NCBI GenBank assembly: GCA_040005235.1
Contig: JBDTZG010000007.1
Location: forward strand, 32,001 to 96,000
Length of the DNA stretch: 64,000 nt
Direction: 5' to 3'
DNA from: Acidobacteriota bacterium
GTDB lineage: Bacteria; Acidobacteriota; Thermoanaerobaculia; Multivoradales; UBA5704
In this document: piece by piece, positions 47,201 through 55,817 of the stretch
Numbering within the stretch: the first letter of the stretch is position 1
How the letters are laid out: the number at the start of each line of letters is the position of its first letter
The notes under the pieces: model-generated
Seen by the model: only the letters and a program-made list of their open reading frames with translations
The model's database searches: none
What the model was told of the DNA's origin: nothing
Made by a program: the position numbers and the translations under genes

Positions 47201-47791
47201 CTACGCCGCGCTCCTCACGAGTAGATCGTTCGAAGCGGCTCGTGCCAGGGCAAAACCTTCTTCCGTCTTCCCCAGACCGCGCCAGACCAGCACGCCGAGT
47301 TGCGAGCTCAAGAGCTCGAAAGCGAAGCGCCGTGAATTGAGCTCCGCCCGCAGCTCGCCGCGCGCAATTGCTTCCACCGCCAGGCGCTCGATCAGGTCGA
47401 GATACCGCCCATACTGTCCGGCGACCGCGCCTCGCGCCTCTACCTCCTCCAGATTGTCCAACTCCAACAGAGCATTGGTGAAGAAGCAGCCCCCTTCGAA
47501 CGTCTCGGCCGCCAGATAGGAGAACCAGGCGTCGGTGAGGGTGCGCAGCCGTTCGAGCCCGGGCGGGCGGGCAAAGATCGGTTCGACCACGGCGCCGCGG
47601 AAGATCTCTGCCGCCCGCTCGACCACCGCGGCCTGAAGCGTGGCTTTGGAAGGGAAGTGCGCGCAGATCCCCCCCTTCGACATCGCGACCGCCGCCGCGA
47701 CGCCGCCGATTGAAAGCCCGTCCAAACCCTTCACCGAAGCGATCTGCACCGCCCGGTCGAGAATCGATTCCCGAGAATTGTCGCGCGCCAT
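47201..47791 (-). CDS. TetR/AcrR family regulator
   Basis: GLSIGGVA..MSKGGI.AHFPSK HTH; GGCFF. Confidence 0.92.
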   Translation of the reverse strand: MARDNSRESILDRAVQIASVKGLDGLSIGGVAAAVAMSKGGICAHFPSKATLQAAVVERAAEIFRGAVVEPIFARPPGLERLRTLTDAWFSYLAAETFEGGCFFTNALLELDNLEEVEARGAVAGQYGRYLDLIERLAVEAIARGELRAELNSRRFAFELLSSQLGVLVWRGLGKTEEGFALARAASNDLLVRSAA

Positions 47792-47798
47792 GGCAGGA

Positions 47799-47827
47799 GT
47801 CTACAAAACGGACGTTCGTATTTCAAG
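47799..47827 (-). promoter_or_regulatory. tetR promoter with operator in the spacer (leaderless)
   Basis: Minus strand TTGAAA-N17-TAGACT, about 6 nt before ATG; spacer holds ACGAACGTCCGT. Confidence 0.65.
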
Positions 47828-47834
47828 ATGAGGG

Positions 47835-47862
47835 CCGGCGGGTGATCACGTTCACCCGCCGG
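47835..47862 (-). terminator. hairpin downstream of the peptide gene
   Basis: 11-bp stem CCGGCGGGTGA/TCACCCGCCGG; no strong U-tract. Confidence 0.5.
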
Positions 47863-47873
47863 GGCTGCGAGGG

Positions 47874-48077
47874 TCAGTAGGGATTCACCGTACAACCCGC
47901 GCCGCAGGTGAGGACGATCGTCTGGGGCGGGCAGAACCTCGTGGGACAAAGGTTGGTCGGGCAGAACAGGCTCGGCGTGATTCCGATCTCGCCACCTTGG
48001 GCGGCCGCGAGCGGCGAGAGGTCGAGGACGGCGAGGGTTTCGCGGTGGAGGGTGAGACGGGAGGCTTTCTTCTTCAT
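47874..48077 (-). CDS. RiPP (lanthipeptide-like) precursor peptide
   Basis: GGAGA RBS; leader MKKKASRLTLHRETLAVL...QGG; core with 5 Cys, 6 Thr, 1 Ser. Confidence 0.75.
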   Translation of the reverse strand: MKKKASRLTLHRETLAVLDLSPLAAAQGGEIGITPSLFCPTNLCPTRFCPPQTIVLTCGAGCTVNPY

Positions 48078-48327
48078 GGCTCGATCTCCAGAAGTTTTTG
48101 AGTGAAGCCGGCCTCCTCATGAGGCCGACCGCTGATCTGCGGAACGACCTTCACTTTAGGGGGCCGAGGCGAGGGGGCGCCTCTCCCGAAAGTCTGGATT
48201 TGGGGCAGACGAAAGTCAGGGTTGCGGGGACGATCGAGCCGCTCTTCGTGGCGAGCGAGTCGCACCAAGCGGCGCCGGCTTTCGCCGACGCCGATCCGAA
48301 TCCGTAGGAGACCCTAGTAGGGTACTG

Positions 48328-48603
48328 GAGTGCCGAATTCGGTTTTCTGGGTGAGCGGAGCGTTTTTCTGAGTGCCGAATTCGCTTTGCGCCCTGGAAAT
48401 TGACGTTTTGAGTCAGCCGAGGGGTTTCGGCGATCAGGAAACCGAATTCGGCGGTGAGCGAAGGGGTTTGCTGGCCGAGAAAAGGCCTCGCGGCGGTCAG
48501 AAAATGGATTTGGCGGTCGCGAAGTGGATTCCGGAGTTAGAAAATCGAATTCGGCGCTCAGAAAAACGCTCCGCGCGCTCGCCAAAGCAAATTCGGCGCT
48601 CAG
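48328..48603. repeat. palindromic element built of about 21-bp degenerate units
   Basis: Recurrent CGAATTCG; 29-bp inverted repeat 48355-48383 / 48546-48574 with one mismatch. Confidence 0.75.
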
Positions 48604-48684
48604 CTTTCGGGGCTCGACGGTCGGAACCCTTCACCGGGATAGGATCTCCCCTCGTTCGATCACCCCCCGGGGAGGAGCCTCACC

Positions 48685-51087
48685 ATGCCGATGGATGCCG
48701 CGACGTACGAGAAGTTGGGCGCCTTTTACTTGGGGCGGCGGCGGGATGCGGCGGGGAAGCCTAGCGAGGAGCCTCTGCTCTATGACTCCCAGGATCTTCT
48801 GACCCACGCACTGTGCGTCGGGATGACCGGGTCGGGCAAGACCGGGCTTTGCCTGTCTTTGCTCGAAGAGGCGGCGATCGATGGGGTTCCGGCTCTGGTG
48901 ATCGACCCGAAGGGCGATCTGGCGAACTTGATGCTGACGTTCCCGAATCTGGCTCCGGCAGACTTTGCCCCTTGGGTCGACCCCGACCGGGCGGTGCGGG
49001 AGGGGATTACGATCGATCAGCTCGCGGCCAAAGAGGCGGAGAATTGGAAGAGCGGCCTCGCGAAGTGGGGCGAGAACGGCGAGCGGATCGCGCGCTTGAA
49101 GCAGGCGGCGGATTTTCGGATCTATACGCCAGGCAGCTCGGCGGGCTGGCCGGTTTCGATGCTTTCGACATTTACGGCGCCTCCGGCCGAGGTGCTTGAA
49201 GACGACGAGCTGCTCCGCGACCACATTGGGACCTTGGTAGGGAGCCTTCTTGGACTGCTCGGGATCGAGGCCGATCCGGTCAAAAGCCGCGAGCACATTT
49301 TGATCTCGACGATCCTCGACCGGACTTGGCGGAACGGGAAGGAGATCGACATCGCGGGATTGGTTCCGCAGATCCAGAAGCCATCATTCGACATGATCGG
49401 CGCGCTCCCGATCGAATCGTTCTACCCGGGCAAAGAGCGTTTCGAGCTGGCGATGGCGGTCAACAACCTGCTCGCCGCGCCGGGTTTTTCCGCCTGGCGG
49501 GAGGGCGATCCGCTTGACGTCGGCCGTCTTCTCTATACCGAAAGCGGCAAGCCGCGAATCGCGATCCTGTCGATCGCTCATTTGGGCGACGCCGAACGGA
49601 TGTCCTTCGTGGCGCTCCTCCTCTCGCAGACCGTGGCGTGGATGCGCACCCGGCCGGGTACCTCGTCGCTTCGCGCACTGGTCTACATGGACGAGATTTT
49701 CGGGTTTTTCCCGCCCGTGGCCGTGCCGCCCTCCAAAAAACCGCTGCTTACTCTCCTCAAGCAGGCTCGCGCGTTCGGGGTGGGGATCGTGCTCGCGACC
49801 CAGAACCCGGTCGATCTAGATTATCGGGGCCTCGCCAACATCGGGACCTGGTTCCTGGGGCGTATGCAGACCGATCAGGACAAGCAGCGCATTCTCGACG
49901 GGCTGGAGGGCGCGGTCGGAGCGGGTTTCGATCGCGGACATTTCGATGCGCTGCTCTCGGGCCTGGAAAAGCGGAACTTCCTGCTCCACGATGTCCATCA
50001 AGGTGCGCCCGAGGTTTTCGAAACCCGCTGGGCGATGTCTTATCTCAGAGGGCCCCTCACCCGGCAGGAGATCAAACGCCTAATGGATCCGCAGAAAGCG
50101 GCGGCGGGGGCGACCGACGCCGCGAAGACCCCGGTCGCCCAGCCTAGTGCGGGATTGCCTTCGGTCGCTTCAATGGCGCCGGTTCTGCCGGACGCCGTTC
50201 CCGTGGCCTTCCTGCCCGTGCGCGGTAAGCCCGCGGGGATCGCGTACCGCCCAGCGCTGTTCGGACTCGCGCAGATCCATTATTCGGATGCCAAGCGGGG
50301 CATCGAATCGACCGAAGAGGTGCGGCTGCTCACCCCGTTTGCGGCGCAGGCTCCTTGGGTCGATTGGTATGCGGGGAAAGACATTTCCGTGAGGGCCGAC
50401 GAGCTGGAGCACGAGGCGGTCGCCGCAGCGAGCTTCGCCAGTCTGCCGGGCGATGCCACAAAGGCGAAGTGCTACGCCGACTGGGAGAAGGACCTGGCCG
50501 ACTGCCTGTTCCGCACCCGCCAGGTGAACCTGTGGCAGAGCGCGCTTGGGCTAACCTCGAAGTCGGGCGAGAGCGAGCGCGATTTCCGCATCCGGCTGGC
50601 CGACCTGGGGCGCGAGCGACGGGACGCCGAAAAGGCGAAGTTGAACGAGAAATACGGCGCGCAGTTGGCGCGGATCCAAGACCAGATCCGACGCGCCACC
50701 GAGAGAAAAGAGCGGGAGGCCGCGCAATCGCACGGCCAATGGCTCCAGGCGGGGCTGTCGGTCGGCGGTACGCTTCTGGGTGCCCTGTTCGGTGGGCGCA
50801 AGCTCTCGGTCTCCAAAATGACGACGGCGGCCAAGAGCGCGACCCGGATCTATAAGGAAGGCAAGGACGTGGATGTGGCCGAAGAGAGCCTGGAGCAGCT
50901 CCAGGGGCGGCTGCACGACATCTCCGCCCAGCTGGATACGGAAGTGGCCGCTCTCGCCCAGCGCTTCGACCCGGCGACCGAGCAGCTCGCCAACGCGCCG
51001 ATCAAGCCGAAGAAGACCGATGTGGACGTCCGGCTGCTAACACTGGTCTGGGTGCCCGAACGGGGCGGAGCCGCAGCCTGGGAGTAA
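48685..51087 (+). CDS. HerA/FtsK-superfamily (DUF87-like) ATPase with coiled-coil C-terminus
   Basis: GMTGSGKT, IDPKGD, VYMDE, ATQNP. Confidence 0.85.
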   Translation: MPMDAATYEKLGAFYLGRRRDAAGKPSEEPLLYDSQDLLTHALCVGMTGSGKTGLCLSLLEEAAIDGVPALVIDPKGDLANLMLTFPNLAPADFAPWVDPDRAVREGITIDQLAAKEAENWKSGLAKWGENGERIARLKQAADFRIYTPGSSAGWPVSMLSTFTAPPAEVLEDDELLRDHIGTLVGSLLGLLGIEADPVKSREHILISTILDRTWRNGKEIDIAGLVPQIQKPSFDMIGALPIESFYPGKERFELAMAVNNLLAAPGFSAWREGDPLDVGRLLYTESGKPRIAILSIAHLGDAERMSFVALLLSQTVAWMRTRPGTSSLRALVYMDEIFGFFPPVAVPPSKKPLLTLLKQARAFGVGIVLATQNPVDLDYRGLANIGTWFLGRMQTDQDKQRILDGLEGAVGAGFDRGHFDALLSGLEKRNFLLHDVHQGAPEVFETRWAMSYLRGPLTRQEIKRLMDPQKAAAGATDAAKTPVAQPSAGLPSVASMAPVLPDAVPVAFLPVRGKPAGIAYRPALFGLAQIHYSDAKRGIESTEEVRLLTPFAAQAPWVDWYAGKDISVRADELEHEAVAAASFASLPGDATKAKCYADWEKDLADCLFRTRQVNLWQSALGLTSKSGESERDFRIRLADLGRERRDAEKAKLNEKYGAQLARIQDQIRRATERKEREAAQSHGQWLQAGLSVGGTLLGALFGGRKLSVSKMTTAAKSATRIYKEGKDVDVAEESLEQLQGRLHDISAQLDTEVAALAQRFDPATEQLANAPIKPKKTDVDVRLLTLVWVPERGGAAAWE

Positions 51088-51202
51088 GCAAGGGGTCCCT
51101 GGCGCTTGCCTCGGCCCTCTTTTTCGCTCCTTTTGCCGCACCGCGGAAACCTGCCCGCCCAGTGGGTCGTAGTGTCGATCCTAGGAGGTGTAAGCTTCTG
51201 CC

Positions 51203-51769
51203 ATGGAAACCTTGCTCAGTGTCCTGATCGGTCTCGGACTCTCTGCCGCCTGCGGGTTTCGCGTCTTCGTCCCGATGCTGATTGCGAGCCTCGCGGCGCG
51301 GAGCGGCCATCTTCAGATCTGGTCGGGGCTCGACTGGATCGGCTCGACCCCGGCGTTGATCGCGTTCTCGGTCGCGACCGTGCTCGAAATCGCCGGCTAC
51401 TACATTCCGTGGGTCGACCACCTGCTGGACGCGGTCGCCACGCCGACCGCGGTGGTGGCCGGGGTGATCCTCACCGCGGGCGCCCTCACCCAGGGGATGG
51501 ACCCGTTCCTGCGCTGGACGCTCGCCCTGGTCGCCGGAGGGGGCACCGCCGCGGTGTTCCAGGGGGTAACCGCCTCGGTGCGGGGTCTGTCGACCCTGAC
51601 CACCGGGGGCCTGGGCAATCCGGTCGTGGCGACCGTCGAAGCGGGGGGCTCGGCCCTCCTCTCGGTGGTTGCGATCGTCCTGCCGGTCGTCGCCGTCTTC
51701 GGGATCGTCCTGCTGCTAGCGTTCGTCTCGCGGCGGCTACTCTTCCGCCGCGCGCCCGCCCGAGCGTAG
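51203..51769 (+). CDS. DUF4126 family membrane protein
   Basis: GLSAACGFRVF, YYIPWVDHLLD, TGGLGNPVV. Confidence 0.9.
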   Translation: METLLSVLIGLGLSAACGFRVFVPMLIASLAARSGHLQIWSGLDWIGSTPALIAFSVATVLEIAGYYIPWVDHLLDAVATPTAVVAGVILTAGALTQGMDPFLRWTLALVAGGGTAAVFQGVTASVRGLSTLTTGGLGNPVVATVEAGGSALLSVVAIVLPVVAVFGIVLLLAFVSRRLLFRRAPARA

Positions 51770-51788
51770 ACCCCGAAGCGAGGCGACG

Positions 51789-52937
51789 ATGGCGCGGGCT
51801 CTCTCCGAAGTCGCCGGCCGGCGGTTCAGAGGAGCCGCCCTCGCGCTCGCCATTCTCGGGCTCGCGGGCTGCGCGAGCGTAGGGGGCGCCGATCGGCCCG
51901 ATCTGGTTCGGAAGATCCGCGACCGCGGGCTCGATCCCGAAAGGATCGTGATCCCGTTCGAGGTCACGCCCGAGATGCGGGAGTGGGCCCTGAAGGCGGC
52001 GCCCGAAGGGTTGCCGCTCGAAATCCGCCTCGATCGGCTGTTCAATGCCGTGCTGCTCGATCTGAAGCCCGCCTACGTCGGCGGACGGACGACCACGGCG
52101 CCGGTGGTGTTCGCCGAGCGGCAGGCCAACTGCCTCGGCTTCACGAGCCTGTTGGTGGGCCTTGCGCGGTCGATCGGCATTCCGACGTTTTATCTCGCGA
52201 TCGACGACATCGAGCGCTTCTCCCGCGATGGCGATCTGGTCGTGATCTCGAACCACGTGAGCGCGGCATTCGACACCGGGGCGCAGACCCGGGTGCTCGA
52301 CTTCACCGTGGCTCCCGTCGTTTCCTACCGCGACGCGCGGGCACTCGACGACCTCGCCGCGGTCGGCCTCTACTATTCGAACTTGGGCGCGGAGAAGCTC
52401 CGGTCCGGCGACCTGCCCGCCGCGATCGAGCTGCTCAAGACCTCGGTGACGCTCGCCCCGGACATCTCGGGCGCCAGAGTAAACTTAGGGGTAGCCCTGC
52501 GTCGCCAGGGCGATCAGGCCGGCGCCGAGGCGCAATACCGGGCGGCGCTCGAAGCCGACCCGCTGGCGTCTTCCGCCTATCAAAACCTGGCCGCCCTACT
52601 GCGCCAGCGCGGCGACGCGGGGGAGGCCGAAGAGCTGCTGCGGATCTCGGAGCAGCAGGGATCGAGAAACCCCTACAGTTTTTTAAGTCTGGGCGATTTG
52701 GCCCTTTCGCGCAGCCGTTTCGACGAGGCGCGGCGCTTTTATCGCCGGGCGCTCGGCCTCTACCGCGAAAACGCCGAGCCGTACGCCGCGATGGGGCAGT
52801 GGGCGGTCGCCAAGGGGAACCTCGCGGAGGCGAGGAAATGGCTCAAGAAGGCGCTGGCGATCGAACCCGAGAACGACAGGGTGCGGCGCCTGGACAAGCG
52901 CCTTGCCGCGAAGTCTTCTCCGGGCGCGACGCGATGA
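51789..52937 (+). CDS. lipoprotein with transglutaminase-like domain and TPR repeats
   Basis: Lipobox LAGC; ANCL, NHV, LDF putative triad; NLG/NLA TPR repeats. Confidence 0.75.
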   Translation: MARALSEVAGRRFRGAALALAILGLAGCASVGGADRPDLVRKIRDRGLDPERIVIPFEVTPEMREWALKAAPEGLPLEIRLDRLFNAVLLDLKPAYVGGRTTTAPVVFAERQANCLGFTSLLVGLARSIGIPTFYLAIDDIERFSRDGDLVVISNHVSAAFDTGAQTRVLDFTVAPVVSYRDARALDDLAAVGLYYSNLGAEKLRSGDLPAAIELLKTSVTLAPDISGARVNLGVALRRQGDQAGAEAQYRAALEADPLASSAYQNLAALLRQRGDAGEAEELLRISEQQGSRNPYSFLSLGDLALSRSRFDEARRFYRRALGLYRENAEPYAAMGQWAVAKGNLAEARKWLKKALAIEPENDRVRRLDKRLAAKSSPGATR

Positions 52938-52953
52938 GATCCCGGCCCGGCGG

Positions 52954-55248
52954 ATGACCTCGGCGATCTGGCAGATCTGGGTCGACACCGGCGGTACCTT
53001 CACCGACTGCATCGCGGTCTCTCCCGAAGGGGTGATCCGCCGCGTGAAGGTGCTGTCGTCGAGCGCCCTGCGAGGCCGGTTTGCGGGGCCGATGGGAAGC
53101 CGCGGTCTGCGAATCGAAGGGCTCCCTGAGCTGCCGGCCGGTTTCTTTCGAGGGTTTGCCTTCCGCCCGCTGCTCGGAGACTCCGGCGCGGATGGCGCGA
53201 ATATCCTGGACGTCGGAGTGATCCTGGCCACCGATTGGAACACCGAGGAGAAGCGGCTCGATCTAGGGGTCGATCGGGACTCGGTCCCCTCTCTGGCCGC
53301 GCTCTCCGAGGGGGCGGCCTGCGAGCTCTTGTGCTCAGAGGAGGCGCCGATCCTCGCGGCGCGAATCGCCACCGGGACTCCTCCCGACCGGCCGCTGCCG
53401 CCGTTGGCGATGCGCCTGGCCACCACCCGTGGCACGAACGCGCTGCTCGAAAGGAAAGGCGCTCCGGTCGCCTTCTTCGTCACCGAGGGGTTCGCCGACC
53501 TGCTCGCGATCGGCACCCAGCAGCGGCCCGACCTGTTCGCGCTCGCGATCGAAAAGCCGGAGCCGCTCTACGCGCGGGTGATTGAGGTCACGGAACGGCT
53601 GGCGACGGACGGCACGGTGCTCCGGCCGCTCGACCTCGAAACCGCAAGGCGGAACGCCCGCGCGGCGCTTGGCCAGGGAGCGACCTCGGCGGCGATCGCG
53701 CTGCTTCACGCGTATCGCGAGCCGCGCCATGAGCGGCAACTGGCGGCGGCTCTGCGCGAGGAGGGTTTTTCGCGCGTTGCCCTGTCGTCCGAGCTGGCGC
53801 CCGAAATTGGCTTCCTGCCGCGAGCGGCGACCACGGTGGTCGAGGCGTATCTGGCGCCGATCCTCGGCGGCTATCTGGAGCGGGTGGCGGGCGCGCTGGG
53901 GAATTCCGGAAAAAGCTCGCTTCTGGTGATCACCAGCGCCGGAGGTCTCGCTCGCGCGGACGGCTATCGCGCCAAGGACGGCCTGCTTTCAGGCCCCGCG
54001 GGGGGCGTGCTCGGAGCAGCGGCCGCCGGGAACCGTTCCGGTTTCTCTCGCGTGCTGTCGTTCGACATGGGGGGCACCTCCACCGACGTGGCGCGCTACG
54101 ACGGGGATTTCGAGTTGCGCTTCGAGCACCGGGTGGGCGACGCGCATCTGGTCGCCCCGGCGCTTAGCGTCGAGACCGTGGCGGCGGGCGGCGGCTCGAT
54201 CTGTTCCTTGGTGGGGGATCAACGTTGCGGGCAGCTCGGCGTGGGGCCGGAGAGCGCAGGGGCATTCCCGGGGCCGGCCGCCTACGGCGCGGGCGGGCCC
54301 CTCACGATCACCGACGTCAATCTTCTACTCGGCCGGCTCGACCCGGCGCGGTTCGGAATTCCGATCGAGCCGGCCGCGGCCGAGCGGCGGATTGCCGAGA
54401 TCGCAAACCGTTTGGAGTCGGAGGCTGAGCCGCTGCTCGAAGGATTCTTGGAGATCGCGAACGAACGGATGGCCGATGCGATTCGGCGGATCTCGATCGG
54501 CCGCGGCTACGATCCGGCAGAATATGCCCTCGTCGCGTTCGGCGGAGCGGGGGCGCAGCACGCCTGCGCGGTGGCCGAGCTGCTCGGCATCTCGACCGTC
54601 CTGGTGCCGGAGGACGCGAGCCTCCTTTCTGCGCGCGGGTTGGGCGTCGCGGCGGTCGAACGCTTCGCGGTCGCCCAAGTGCTCCGGCCTCTCGACGAGA
54701 TCGAGGGCGAGCTGGCCGAACGGCTCGATCGGCTGGCGGCGGTGGCGCTGGCTGAAATTGCCGGGGCCGAGGTGTCGGGAGGAAGGGAGATTGGGGTCCG
54801 CCGCCGCATCGTGCAGATGCGTTTTGCCGGCCAGGAGGCCGCCCTCGCGATCGAGCCGCAGGGGTCCGGCGCCCAGCTTGGCCCGGACCTTCGCGTACGG
54901 TTCCTCGCCGCCTACCGCGATCTGTACGGCTATGCGCCCGAAGGACGCACGCTCGAAATCGAAGCGCTTCGGGTGGTCGTCTCGGCCGGAGGGAACGGTG
55001 AGGTGCAGTCGGCCGCGAAGCCGTCGCGGACGGCCGTGGCTTGTCGTTTGGAATCGCGCCGGGCGCGGTTTGGCTGCGTCTGGCGCGAAGTCGAAGTGTT
55101 CGAGCGGAGCGCGCTCCTGCCCGGCGATCGGTTCGCCGGCCCCTGCCTGATCGTCGAGCCGCTTTCCTCGACCGTGGTCGAGTCGGGGTGGAGCGGCCAT
55201 AAAGATGGGGCCGAAGCGCTCGTGCTGCTAAAGGGTAGTGCCCTATGA
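52954..55248 (+). CDS. hydantoinase A / 5-oxoprolinase N-terminal subunit
   Basis: VDTGGTFTD, TTRGTNALLE, SGPAGG, DMGGTSTD, AAGGGS, FGGAG. Confidence 0.92.
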   Translation: MTSAIWQIWVDTGGTFTDCIAVSPEGVIRRVKVLSSSALRGRFAGPMGSRGLRIEGLPELPAGFFRGFAFRPLLGDSGADGANILDVGVILATDWNTEEKRLDLGVDRDSVPSLAALSEGAACELLCSEEAPILAARIATGTPPDRPLPPLAMRLATTRGTNALLERKGAPVAFFVTEGFADLLAIGTQQRPDLFALAIEKPEPLYARVIEVTERLATDGTVLRPLDLETARRNARAALGQGATSAAIALLHAYREPRHERQLAAALREEGFSRVALSSELAPEIGFLPRAATTVVEAYLAPILGGYLERVAGALGNSGKSSLLVITSAGGLARADGYRAKDGLLSGPAGGVLGAAAAGNRSGFSRVLSFDMGGTSTDVARYDGDFELRFEHRVGDAHLVAPALSVETVAAGGGSICSLVGDQRCGQLGVGPESAGAFPGPAAYGAGGPLTITDVNLLLGRLDPARFGIPIEPAAAERRIAEIANRLESEAEPLLEGFLEIANERMADAIRRISIGRGYDPAEYALVAFGGAGAQHACAVAELLGISTVLVPEDASLLSARGLGVAAVERFAVAQVLRPLDEIEGELAERLDRLAAVALAEIAGAEVSGGREIGVRRRIVQMRFAGQEAALAIEPQGSGAQLGPDLRVRFLAAYRDLYGYAPEGRTLEIEALRVVVSAGGNGEVQSAAKPSRTAVACRLESRRARFGCVWREVEVFERSALLPGDRFAGPCLIVEPLSSTVVESGWSGHKDGAEALVLLKGSAL

Positions 55249-55777
55249 TTCGACCGCCATGGAAGGTTTGACCGATCCCGACGGCGTTCGAGCCCCCGAG
55301 AGCCCTGATGTGCTCCTTGCCGCTTCGGCGCGCGAGCGGACCCGCACGGTATCCGGCCTCGAACGGCTGGCGCTCGGCGCGCTCTCCGGCTGCGTGGTCG
55401 CCGCGGCCTTGGCGCTTTTCGCCTTTCCTGCGGCGCGGGCGAAAGAGCCGCCCGAGGCGTTCCGCGCGGCGGGCACGGTGCTGCCGTTTCTCGCCATGAT
55501 CTTCATTCTCGCCGCCTCGCGGCTGCGCGGCATGCTGCTCAACGCGGCGCGGCGCCAGGCGAAGTTCTCCTCCTCTGCGCTTCCCGACCTGATTGCGGCA
55601 TACCGGCGCGCGATCTGGGTCGATTTCATCCTGCTCGAAGGGGTCGCCTGGCTTGGGCTGGCGATGGTTCCTCTCACCGGCTCGGTCCGCTACGCCTTGG
55701 TGCTGATCGTCGCGGCGATCCTCGGCATGGCCGTGCGCTGGCCGAGGCTGCCGGAGCTCGAGCGTCTCGCGCGCTAG
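55238..55777 (+). CDS. hypothetical 4-TM membrane protein
   Basis: Four hydrophobic segments; overlaps the upstream stop; start may be 55259. Confidence 0.65.
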   Translation: MPYDSTAMEGLTDPDGVRAPESPDVLLAASARERTRTVSGLERLALGALSGCVVAAALALFAFPAARAKEPPEAFRAAGTVLPFLAMIFILAASRLRGMLLNAARRQAKFSSSALPDLIAAYRRAIWVDFILLEGVAWLGLAMVPLTGSVRYALVLIVAAILGMAVRWPRLPELERLAR

Positions 55778-55817
55778 AGTCGATCGTTCTTCCTCATCCC
55801 GAATTCACGGAGGAAAC

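Noticed and set aside
48151-48585. 144-aa ORF upstream of the RiPP precursor as a modifying enzyme
   Set aside because: It is mostly a translation of the repeat element and has no enzyme motifs
48685-51087. HerA-like ATPase as part of a defence or conjugation system
   Set aside because: No adjacent nuclease, SIR2 or T4SS genes; neighbours look like ordinary chromosomal genes
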